Of a stretch of DNA of 64,000 bases, positions 26,450-34,814 are shown piece by piece. The DNA lies in the NCBI GenBank assembly GCA_035707865.1, contig DASSTO010000009.1, positions 56,736 to 120,735 on the forward strand, read 5' to 3'. A program made the translations under genes and the position numbers. The notes below the pieces were generated by a model. It made no database searches, was not told where the DNA came from, and saw nothing but the letters and a program-made list of their open reading frames with translations. Origin of the DNA: Longimicrobiaceae bacterium. Its GTDB lineage: Bacteria; Gemmatimonadota; Gemmatimonadetes; Longimicrobiales; Longimicrobiaceae. Each line of letters begins with the position of its first letter. Position 1 is the stretch's first letter.

Positions 26450-27040
26450 TCAGCTTCGACGTCGACGTGGTGACAGCACGGCGACGCCGGCCACTCCCGT
26501 GAGCATCAGCAGGATGCTCGACGGCTCCGGGGTGACCGTGCCCGGCGGAGGCGGGGGCCCACCACCGCCGGGCCTGCCCGACGGGTGCGGTACGAAGGCG
26601 CCGATGAAGAGCGGCACGCCGAGCGCCAGCCAGCCGGCCCCCGGATGGCCCGCGGCCACCGGGACCATCGGCACGGGCGGCACCGGGAGCGGTGCGAGCG
26701 TCAGCACGCCGGTGGGGGCGAGCGAGGGCCCCGGCACGATCCCCACCTGCGGCGGGCCGAACTCCAGATAGCAGATCGAGAGATCCTTACAGACGCGGAA
26801 CTTGACCGTATCGGCCGGAGATCTCACCAGCCGCAGGGCCGCGACGTACATCCCCGCCGGCTCCAGCGGAGACCGCGCGGCCATCGGCGCCAGGACGCCC
26901 GCCGGTGCGATCCGGGGTGTGTCGAGCGGTGCCGTCCCGACCCGACCCGTGCTCGCGAAGAGCATCGGGAGCGCGCTCCCGAACAGAAACGCCAGTCCGC
27001 AGAGGACGACGACGAGAGCGGAATACGCGAAGCGCTTCAT
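26450..27040 (-). CDS. PEP-CTERM sorting-domain protein
   Basis: 196 aa from ATG 27040. N-terminal signal/anchor helix. C-terminus GTVTPEPSSILLMLTGVAGVAVLSPRRRRS. Confidence 0.8.
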   Translation of the reverse strand: MKRFAYSALVVVLCGLAFLFGSALPMLFASTGRVGTAPLDTPRIAPAGVLAPMAARSPLEPAGMYVAALRLVRSPADTVKFRVCKDLSICYLEFGPPQVGIVPGPSLAPTGVLTLAPLPVPPVPMVPVAAGHPGAGWLALGVPLFIGAFVPHPSGRPGGGGPPPPPGTVTPEPSSILLMLTGVAGVAVLSPRRRRS

Positions 27041-27124
27041 CGAACTTCGTTGATGCGAGCCCCTCCCGGTCTCGGGACCGGGGGCTCTCGGGATCGGCAT
27101 CGACACGGCAAGGCGACCAGGGCG

Positions 27125-27140
27125 TGCAAGCGGTGTGCCC
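27125..27140 (-). promoter_or_regulatory. sigma-54 (-24/-12) promoter candidate
   Basis: The minus strand reads GGGCAC-ACCGC-TTGCA (consensus TGGCAC-N5-TTGCW) with exact GG-N10-GC spacing. The -12 GC lies ~86 nt upstream of the PEP-CTERM gene ATG (27040). Confidence 0.55.
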
Positions 27141-27239
27141 CCATCCCGTTCGGGCACGCTTGCAAGCCCCGCCGCGCCAACCACATCGGACCCGCGGTGC
27201 CCCCTGTCCAGCCGGGCGCCGCGCTCGGTTCTGCCGGAA

Positions 27240-28037
27240 TCAGTAGATGTAGACGGCCGTCCCCACCCGCACGTGCCGGTAGAGGAACTTCAGGTCGCGC
27301 GCCAGGAGACGGATGCAGCCGTGCGAGGTGGCGCCCCCGACGGAATCCGGATCCGGCGTCCCGTGCAGGTAGTAGCCGTCGCCCATGTCCAGCTTGTACT
27401 TCCCCAGCTCTCCGGGAATCTCGCGGTTCGCCGTGCCGGCCGGTGGGATGAAGACGGTGTCGTCGAAGACGATCTCCTGACCCACCGGAACGCGCTCGAA
27501 CGAGCCGTCCGCCAGCACGCGCCCGACCGCGCGGCCGCGCACCACGAGCCGGCTCCCGTCGCTGAGCGGAACCGGCCGGCCGCGCTCCAGCCGTGCCATC
27601 TTCCACCCGCCGAGCGCGGCCACCTCCACGTAATGCCACTCCGGCGGGACCCACACCGGGTCGGTCTCCTTCGCGATGATGCGCCGCCGGCCCCGCGGCG
27701 TGGAGAACCGCCACGTTTTCCCTTCGTACTCCATCACGACCGGCTTGCCCACGGCCACCTCGGCGGAATAGAGGGGAAGCTGCCCATCCATCAGCCAGAC
27801 CCTGCGCTCGGCGAGGGAGATGACGAGGTGGACGCCGGCCGCGCGCTCCGCCGCGCGCTGGATCCGCGCCGAGGCCGGGTCGGCCGGCCGGTGCTCGAAC
27901 GGCGAGGAGATCCGCGGCGGCGCGTCGGCGCCCGCGGGCACTTCGGCTACGGCGACCGCGCTGGATTGCGCGGGAAGGGCGGGGGCGCCGACGAGGGTCG
28001 GCGCGAGCACGGACAGGAGAATACCTCTGAACTTCAA
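27240..28037 (-). CDS. L,D-transpeptidase (YkuD domain)
   Basis: 265 aa with a signal peptide. Catalytic motif YYLHGTPDPDSVGGATSHGCIRL. Confidence 0.85.
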   Translation of the reverse strand: MKFRGILLSVLAPTLVGAPALPAQSSAVAVAEVPAGADAPPRISSPFEHRPADPASARIQRAAERAAGVHLVISLAERRVWLMDGQLPLYSAEVAVGKPVVMEYEGKTWRFSTPRGRRRIIAKETDPVWVPPEWHYVEVAALGGWKMARLERGRPVPLSDGSRLVVRGRAVGRVLADGSFERVPVGQEIVFDDTVFIPPAGTANREIPGELGKYKLDMGDGYYLHGTPDPDSVGGATSHGCIRLLARDLKFLYRHVRVGTAVYIY

Positions 28038-28166
28038 AACGGCCCTCGATGAGGAGCGTGATCGAGTACGAAACGGATCGAACCGGCCGTCGGATGCTCC
28101 CGAGGGAGGTACCCGTGATCGCCGCGGCTCAAGGTAACACCACGGGCAAGTGCCGTCGTCCTCCGC

Positions 28167-28772
28167 TCAGAGATGGAACCAGAGGCCCAGGTTCACGCCG
28201 AAGTAGGAAACGTGGCTCCGGCCCGCCGCGGCGAGGAGCGGGGCGAGGTCGGCCGGGTGCCGGCGGTAACGCCCCTCGGGGATGAGCCAGATGCCGTGGC
28301 CGACGGGCACCCTGACACCCGCGCCGGCCTCGAAGCCCGCATCACGTCCCGATCTCACGCTCAGGGTGGCATCGGTCGTGTCGGTCCGCGAGAGCCTGGT
28401 GCGCGCCCAGAGCAGGCCACCGAAGGCGAACGGGTCGACCCGCCGGCTCCCGAAGGGCTGGAGGTTGGCTTCCACGCCTGCCCGGAAGCCCGAGTCCACC
28501 AGCTTGGAGGCGACGAGGTCGGTGCTCTCACGGAACTCGAAGCGGTCCCACCCGGCGTAGATGCCCAGGTGCTGGACCGGCCAGTATCGGAGCACGGCGC
28601 CGAAGCCGTAGCCGACGCGGTGACCGACCGCGCGCGTGATGTCGCCCGTGGGGATGGCGAGGTCGCCGCGGACGCTCAGACTGAACGCGGACGTCCAGTG
28701 TTCCTGCGCGTGCGCGCTCGGCAGGAACGCCAGGGTGCTGAGGAGCAGGAGGAGCCAGGGTGCCCGCGGCAT
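28167..28772 (-). CDS. small outer-membrane beta-barrel protein
   Basis: 201 aa from ATG 28772 (GGGAGG lies 4 nt upstream). Signal peptide ...FLPSAHAQ. Alternating strands. Aromatic C-terminus ...GVNLGLWFHL. Confidence 0.7.
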   Translation of the reverse strand: MPRAPWLLLLLSTLAFLPSAHAQEHWTSAFSLSVRGDLAIPTGDITRAVGHRVGYGFGAVLRYWPVQHLGIYAGWDRFEFRESTDLVASKLVDSGFRAGVEANLQPFGSRRVDPFAFGGLLWARTRLSRTDTTDATLSVRSGRDAGFEAGAGVRVPVGHGIWLIPEGRYRRHPADLAPLLAAAGRSHVSYFGVNLGLWFHL

Positions 28773-28862
28773 GTCGCCTCCCATCGAGGTGGCAATCGAA
28801 AGTTGCGGCCGACGGGCGCGCAGCCGCAACTCTCTCGCCAGGGTGCCAGCGGCCCGGCCGGG

Positions 28863-29654
28863 TCAGTTGTGCAGATAGCGGACGATGAGCAGGACGGGCG
28901 TGAGGATCGCCAGGCCGTCGCGCACGATCGACCATGCACTCCGGTTCCTGGCCGCGGGCACGATCACGTGGTCACCGGCACGCAGGCTCAACTGGTCGAT
29001 CGTGCGGCCCTGGATGATCGCCTGCTGGAGGGCGTCGCCGCCCCAGATCGTCTGGTTCGCCCGCTCCACCCGGACCTCGTTCAGCCGCGCGTTCGGCGCC
29101 GTCCCGCCGGCGATGTTGAAGAGGTCCGAGAAGACGGCGTCCGTCGGTACCACGAAGTAGCCGCTCTTGCCCACGCTCCCCGTGATCATGATCCGGATCG
29201 AGGAGCGCGCGTGCACCACGGGGTCCCGGATGTAGCGCGCGAGCTGGTCGTGCAGGTAGGACTCCAGCTCCGATCGCAGGACGCCGCGCAGCGAGATGTC
29301 GCCGATGCCGGGCAGCGCCAGCTTGGGCCCGTCCTGCACCACGAACGACCCCGAGAGATCCTTCTCGTCCTGGACCGAGAGCCCGATCAGGTCGCCGATC
29401 TGGAAGTCACCCTCGGTCAGCCGCGCCCGGATCAGCGCGGCCGCGCGCTGCGCCTCCTCGCGCTTCTCGCCGCTGTAGGCCGGGGACGCGGCCAGGCGCT
29501 GATACTCCGTGAGCATCTCCTGAAGGCGGGCACGGGAGAGCTGCGGCTGCTGTGCGTCGCCGACACTCTGCGCGGCGACGCCGCTGGCCGCGCCGAGAAC
29601 CATCACCGCAGCGAGTGCGGACCAGACCATCCGACCACGGGCTCGAAGCTTCAT
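28863..29654 (-). CDS. polysaccharide export protein (Wza-like: Poly_export + SLBB)
   Basis: 263 aa from ATG 29654 with a signal peptide. GDFQIGDLIGLSV...LPGIGDISLRGV (Poly_export pattern) followed by ITGSVGKSGYFVVP (SLBB). Confidence 0.8.
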   Translation of the reverse strand: MKLRARGRMVWSALAAVMVLGAASGVAAQSVGDAQQPQLSRARLQEMLTEYQRLAASPAYSGEKREEAQRAAALIRARLTEGDFQIGDLIGLSVQDEKDLSGSFVVQDGPKLALPGIGDISLRGVLRSELESYLHDQLARYIRDPVVHARSSIRIMITGSVGKSGYFVVPTDAVFSDLFNIAGGTAPNARLNEVRVERANQTIWGGDALQQAIIQGRTIDQLSLRAGDHVIVPAARNRSAWSIVRDGLAILTPVLLIVRYLHN

Positions 29655-29971
29655 AGCGCTGGACTGCGAAAGAGGGCGGGAAAGGGAGCGGGAGATCCCG
29701 TTCCGGGCCCGAGACCGGGCCCGGACCGACACCCGCGACGGAGTATGCTCGGCGGCGCCGAACGGTTCCGGTGGCCCGCGGAATCAAGATCAAGGCCGTT
29801 GCGGGCGCGCCCCGTAAGATACACGCCGCGCGGCTTTACGCGCCTGCAGGGTGAGGCCGGGTGCGCGCGAGTGTTGGATCGTCTCCACCCTGACTGTGGC
29901 GCGACAACCACACCGGGCCCGGCGCCGGGGTCGGGCGGAGGCGGCTACGTGCCCGTAAGTGCCCACGCCGC

Positions 29972-31033
29972 ATGAGCAGCCACGCGGGGACGGGCCACCG
30001 GCGCGGAGCGCCCCGCGATCTGCACAGGATTTGCAAGAGAGCCCGCGAGCCCTTCTTCACCATCCTGAAATCGATGGGAATCAATCCTCCTCCGACCGAG
30101 GGGATACGAGCCGGTGCCCCCGTATCCCACCGTCCACCGCGCCTGCTGCTCATCTCGGACGAACCGTGGTGGGTGCGCTCCCTGCAGAGTGTCCTCGGTA
30201 GCGGTTACACCACCGAGGCGAGCTCCGCGCGCAAAGGATCGGCACGCCTGCGAGCCGACGCCCCGGACGCGATCCTGGTGCATACGCATCTGAAGGGCAC
30301 CACGGGCACCGATCTCATCCGCACCCTGCGCAGTACGCACGGCCTCTCCCCCGCCATTCCCTTCCTGCTGATCTCCGATGCACCGCTCGCCCGGGACGAG
30401 CGCGTCGCCGCCCTGCAGGCCGGTGCCTGGGATTGCCTCTGCGCGCCGCTCGACGCCCAGGAGCTTCTGAGCAAGCTCGGCACCTTCCTCGCCGCGAAGC
30501 AGAGCCTGGGGTCGTCGGCGCCGCTCCTCGACGACGAGACGGGCGTCTACAGCGCGGAGGGGATCATGCGGTGGGCGCAGGAGCTGCTCGGGACCGCCCA
30601 CCGGTACGACCGGGCGCTCGGCTGCGCCATCTTCGCCCTCGTCCACCCGCCGCACCCCGACCACGCGCGCGGGGTGGAGAGCGGCCCCCCGTCGCGTGCG
30701 GCCGTGCTCGCCCGCGTGCTCACCTCGCACGGGCGGTCCTCCGACGTCGTCGGCAGGATCGGCGGCTACTTCGTCGTCCTCGCGCCGGACACCGACGCCG
30801 CCGGCACGCAGGGCATGGCGGCGCGCATGCTGCGAGCGGGTGAGCGCGAGCTCGCCCGCCAACGGGTCCGGGCGCGCAACCCGCTGCTGGTCGGCTGCTT
30901 CACCTTCCCCGGCTCTTCCTCGCCCCCGGTCGAACCCGCGGACCTCATCGATCGCGCGCTGCTCGCGCTGCAGCGCACGCCCGCGGTCGTACCGGGAGAG
31001 ATATCCCTCCTCGACCCGCACCTGCTCCACTAG
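29972..31033 (+). CDS. pseudo-receiver + degenerate GGDEF domain protein (candidate c-di-GMP receptor)
   Basis: 353 aa (alternative ATG at 30074). Receiver-like fold, but His104 replaces the phospho-acceptor Asp (AILVHTHL) and the conserved Lys is missing (DCLCAPL). The GGDEF-like domain reads RSSD-VVGRI-GGYFV: the active site is degenerate and RxxD keeps canonical spacing. Confidence 0.75.
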   Translation: MSSHAGTGHRRGAPRDLHRICKRAREPFFTILKSMGINPPPTEGIRAGAPVSHRPPRLLLISDEPWWVRSLQSVLGSGYTTEASSARKGSARLRADAPDAILVHTHLKGTTGTDLIRTLRSTHGLSPAIPFLLISDAPLARDERVAALQAGAWDCLCAPLDAQELLSKLGTFLAAKQSLGSSAPLLDDETGVYSAEGIMRWAQELLGTAHRYDRALGCAIFALVHPPHPDHARGVESGPPSRAAVLARVLTSHGRSSDVVGRIGGYFVVLAPDTDAAGTQGMAARMLRAGERELARQRVRARNPLLVGCFTFPGSSSPPVEPADLIDRALLALQRTPAVVPGEISLLDPHLLH

Positions 31034-31128
31034 CATCCGGAGCGGTTGCACCCGCGGAAGCTCCGTGCGCCACACCCGGTTCCGGGTGTGGCGCACGCGT
31101 ATCCTCCGCCCCCGGCCCCGGCGGCCGC

Positions 31129-33528
31129 TCAGCCCCCGCCCAGCATCATCGGCTGACCGTCGCCGCTCCCCTCCTCCACCGCCTCGTACCCGCGCATGTA
31201 GGTGTATGCGCGGTACGGCGTCGTCTCGGTCGGCGCGCCGTTCAGCACGGCGCCGACGACCCGGATCGGTAGCCGGTCCGCGATCGCGAGCTTCATCGAT
31301 GCCAGCGAGCGGTCGGTCGCCCCGGCACGCAGCACCAGGAGCAGGTTCCGCGTCTGGATGCCGAGCGCGAAGGCGTCCGCTCCCGCACCGAGCGGCGGGC
31401 TGTCCACGAGGATGACGTCGAAGCGCGACTTCAGATCCTCCAGCAGGTCCGCCATCTGCTTCGAGCCGACGAGCTCCGGGCCGTGCTGCATCCGGCTGCC
31501 CGAGGCGATCAGGCAGACGTTGCGGAAGCCCGTTCCCTGGACGACGTCTCCCTGCGTGACCTGCCCCGAGAGGTAGTCGGTGAGCCCCGGCTTCCGCTCG
31601 CCTCCCAGAACCCGGTTCAATGCCCCGCGGCGGACGTCGGCGTCGATCACCAGCGTACGGTGGCCCTGGTCCGCGAAGGCGAGCGCCAGGTTCGACGTCA
31701 CGAACGACTTGCCGTCGCCGCTGCCGGGGCTGGAGATGGTGAGCATCATCGGGCCCGAAGCGCCCTGGGCATGGAGGAGGTTCAGCCGGATCTCCCGGAA
31801 TGCCTCCGTGGCATAGAGCGTCGCCTCGCGCGCCACGTCGCTGCTCGGTGCCTGCAGCACGCTCGGTACCACGCCCAGGATCGAGAGCCCCAGCCCGCTC
31901 GTCACCTCGTCCGGATAGCGCACGCGCGGGTCCAGCCGGTCCAGCACCGTGACACCCACGCCGGACAGGCCCAGACCTCCCAGCAGACCGAGGAGGATGA
32001 AGACGGGGCGCGGATCGCTCAGCGGCTTCGAAGGCACCACCGCCGGGTCGAGGACCCTCACGTCCGGGATGGTGCTCGCGGCCGCGAGCTGGGCGTCCTG
32101 CAGCCGGCCCTTGAGGTCGGCGTGCAGCTGCTTCGCCAGGCCGACCTGCCGCTCCAGGCGCGCCTCCTCGATCATCCGCGGCGGGATCTGCTGAAGCTCG
32201 TTCGACGCCGAGTTGATCTGCGCGTCGATCGCCTGCTCCCGGTCGAGCAACTGTGCGCGCAGCTCGCCCGCCAGGTGCGGAATCGTGGTCCCCTCCATCG
32301 TGGCGATCTCCTGCGAGAGCTTCTGCGCCTGAGGGTACTCCGGCGTGTAGCGATGGAGAAGCTCGCGCAGCTCCCCGCGCTTCGAGATCCGGGCCTCGAT
32401 CGCCGCCTTCAGCGCCGGGGCGTTCTGTGACACCGAGGGGATCATGAGCAGCTCGTCCAGCGAGAGCCCGGAGTTCTTCGCCTCCGCGAGGACCCGGTCG
32501 ATCGACCGGATGTCGCTGTCGATCTGCTCGCGCTCGATCTTCATGTCGAAGAAGCGCTGCATCACCGGGCTCTGCGTGCTCTCCAGCCCCGGCGCGACCG
32601 GAGTGCTCTGGTCGGTCGGCAGGGTGATGGTGTGGATGCGGAAGTCCTGCAGCGCCAGCTCCGAGTCACGCAGTTGCTTCCCCGTGGACTCGACCTGGTG
32701 CTCGAGCACCCCCGTGAGCTCGTCCAGCTTGGCTCGCTTCAGTTGCGCGGCCACGTTGACGAAGTGCTTCGTGACCGAGTTCATCGTCCGACTCGCCTGC
32801 ACGGGGCTGGTACCGGTCAGGCTCAGGCTCAGGAAGTGGCCGCTCGCGTCCATCACCGTGCGAAGCTCCTGCGCCAGCCGGACCGACACGTCGCGCGGGT
32901 TCACGATCTCGAAGTCGATACTCCGGCCCGGCGAGAGAACGTCCGCGCTCGGTACCCAGTCGAAGCCCAGCTTCTCGCCGATGGGCTCTCCGACCCGGCC
33001 GCTCTGGATCGGAGTGCCGTCCGCGCTGAGCTGGAAGGTGCCTCCACTCTTGGCGACCTCCAGCCGATACTTTCCGGTGCGGAAACGATTCTCGAGCGCG
33101 AAGTGGGCGAAGGCTCGCCGGTTGGCATCCTCGGTGGTGATATAGAGGTGCTGTTCGACGACGACGCTGTCCAGGACCACGAAGGACTTGAGCAGGTTCA
33201 CCCACGCTGCGGACTGCAGCAGCTCCTGCTGCTGGATCGGTCCCTGTTGCTGGGATCCCTTGTCGCTGGTCTCCACCCACAGCGTGGACTGGACCTGGTA
33301 CTTGGGACTCACGAAGTGCGAGCCGGCGTAGCCGAGCATCGCGCCCACCAGGCCGGTTCCGAGAATCCACCACTTGCGGCGTAGCAGAGCCGTGATGAAG
33401 CGCTGCAGGCCGGGCCCGTGCTTGGGTTCGGAGGGTGCCGGCTGCGCTGCCCACGGCGGCACCGACGACCCATCGAGCTGCGCGGGCACCGAAGCGGGTT
33501 CAAACCTCAGAGGGGATTGATTCGACAT
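31129..33528 (-). CDS. polysaccharide co-polymerase / tyrosine autokinase (Wzc/GumC-like, PCP-2a)
   Basis: 799 aa. N-terminal Wzz-like domain with a TM helix, long coiled-coil periplasmic region, and a C-terminal kinase (SSPGSGDGKSFVTSNLA, FDVILVDSPPL). Tyr-rich tail YRAYTYMRGY. Confidence 0.85.
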   Translation of the reverse strand: MSNQSPLRFEPASVPAQLDGSSVPPWAAQPAPSEPKHGPGLQRFITALLRRKWWILGTGLVGAMLGYAGSHFVSPKYQVQSTLWVETSDKGSQQQGPIQQQELLQSAAWVNLLKSFVVLDSVVVEQHLYITTEDANRRAFAHFALENRFRTGKYRLEVAKSGGTFQLSADGTPIQSGRVGEPIGEKLGFDWVPSADVLSPGRSIDFEIVNPRDVSVRLAQELRTVMDASGHFLSLSLTGTSPVQASRTMNSVTKHFVNVAAQLKRAKLDELTGVLEHQVESTGKQLRDSELALQDFRIHTITLPTDQSTPVAPGLESTQSPVMQRFFDMKIEREQIDSDIRSIDRVLAEAKNSGLSLDELLMIPSVSQNAPALKAAIEARISKRGELRELLHRYTPEYPQAQKLSQEIATMEGTTIPHLAGELRAQLLDREQAIDAQINSASNELQQIPPRMIEEARLERQVGLAKQLHADLKGRLQDAQLAAASTIPDVRVLDPAVVPSKPLSDPRPVFILLGLLGGLGLSGVGVTVLDRLDPRVRYPDEVTSGLGLSILGVVPSVLQAPSSDVAREATLYATEAFREIRLNLLHAQGASGPMMLTISSPGSGDGKSFVTSNLALAFADQGHRTLVIDADVRRGALNRVLGGERKPGLTDYLSGQVTQGDVVQGTGFRNVCLIASGSRMQHGPELVGSKQMADLLEDLKSRFDVILVDSPPLGAGADAFALGIQTRNLLLVLRAGATDRSLASMKLAIADRLPIRVVGAVLNGAPTETTPYRAYTYMRGYEAVEEGSGDGQPMMLGGG

Positions 33529-33615
33529 GGTTGGATGCTTGAGGCCAGCCGGGAACGGTCATCACCGCCGAGCGTCGTCCACGCTCCCGGTCATGCAGGA
33601 TGCGCCGCCGGTTTC

Positions 33616-33630
33616 GCAAGTCGAAGGCCA
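33616..33630 (-). promoter_or_regulatory. sigma-54 (-24/-12) promoter candidate
   Basis: The minus strand reads TGGCCT-TCGAC-TTGC with exact GG-N10-GC spacing. The -12 GC lies ~88 nt upstream of the Wzc-like ATG (33528). Confidence 0.45.
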
Positions 33631-34152
33631 GCCCGCGGGCATGCGGAGCGGACCCGGAAACCATCGGGAACCGCAGTCGGCGACAGGGCTTTCTGCTCTC
33701 GGGCGAGGGTCCGGCGCGGTGTGTCCGGGGGCGGGGGCAATTCCCTGTGGCAGTGACGCGACACTGCGGCGTTGCGGTAAAACTACACGTGACACGCGCT
33801 TCCACGCAATGCGCTGCGAGGCGCGATCATGGCGGCGTTGTGCATACCATGGAATTGCCTTACTTTTCGCGTCGCCCGGGGGCGCATCGCACCCGTTATC
33901 CGCGTGCAGAATGTCGCTGCGGGGCTCGCGTTTCCCGGCCTTTTCCGAGGTTGTCCAGCGCTTCGCCGCGGCGGTCGGTCCGTTTCCCTTTCGCGCGTTT
34001 TGCGTCGGATCGGTCCGATGTGTCTTCCCGAACTGGTTCCGTCGTGCTCCCGCAGGCCCCGTCGGCTCTCTCGCCTCGCGTCTCGCCTCGAGGTCCTTCC
34101 GTGCTGCACCCGCTCGGGGTCACCGGCCCCGTCTCGAGCGGAGGCGCACGCG

Positions 34153-34779
34153 ATGAAATCGGTGCTGCGGGTCGCGCGCGTTCCGGACCCCTGTTCCATC
34201 GAGGGCTCGGAGGCGGTGCCGTCCGTGCACGAGCTGCGCGCGCGGATCTCGCGGTCGGACCCGACGCTCGACCCCGGCCAGCCGGCGTTCCGCGCGGCGG
34301 TCGTCCTGCTCGCCGCGCGCCACGTCGGGCAGAACGTGGACCGGCTCGCCCGGTATACTCGGGTAGCGCGCGGGGAGCTGGCCCGCTTCGCCCGCCGGCT
34401 GTGCGACAACGGCGTCTGGCGAGGTTCCAGGACTCACTGTCTCTGGCACCCGGACGAGGAGCTGGGCGCGTTCTTCTGGGCCGACGTGGAGATCGCCCTC
34501 GGCCGCATGTGCCGCCGGGTGAGCGAGGGCTTCACGGAGTGGGCTCCGGCCGGGCACTGGAACAAGTCGTACGACTTCGTCTCGCCGGCTGCCGCTTCGT
34601 CGCCTTCCGTCCTCTACTACGATCGTGGTCCGGAGCCCACTCCGCCGGTCGCCGCGGACCCCGTGGAGCGGCCTCCGGCCGCGCAGCCCTCGTCACCGCT
34701 CCCACGGCCTCCGCGCGAGTCCCCGCGCGGCCGGGGCGTCGGCGCGGAGATCTTCCCCGGTGCGACGTGGCTCGGTTGA
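34153..34779 (+). CDS. hypothetical protein
   Basis: 208 aa from ATG 34153. The first ~150 aa have a diverse composition (W, C, F, H, D, E), followed by a Pro-rich tail. Lies immediately upstream of the sigma-54 activator gene. Confidence 0.5.
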   Translation: MKSVLRVARVPDPCSIEGSEAVPSVHELRARISRSDPTLDPGQPAFRAAVVLLAARHVGQNVDRLARYTRVARGELARFARRLCDNGVWRGSRTHCLWHPDEELGAFFWADVEIALGRMCRRVSEGFTEWAPAGHWNKSYDFVSPAAASSPSVLYYDRGPEPTPPVAADPVERPPAAQPSSPLPRPPRESPRGRGVGAEIFPGATWLG

Positions 34780-34814
34780 GACGGGCCCGTCGCTTCGACT
34801 TCACCCTGCTCTGA

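Noticed and set aside
33496-33506. GGGTTCAAACC, resembling a tRNA T-loop
   Set aside because: It lies inside the 5' end of the Wzc-like coding sequence. No acceptor, D or anticodon arms can be built around it.
33600-34814. 404-aa ORF and the 316-aa ORF starting at 33829, which would fill the large intergenic region
   Set aside because: The N-terminal parts are Arg/Pro/Ser-rich with no structure. Only the last 208 codons of the 33829 frame (from ATG 34153) look like a real protein. I treat 33529-34152 as non-coding regulatory DNA.
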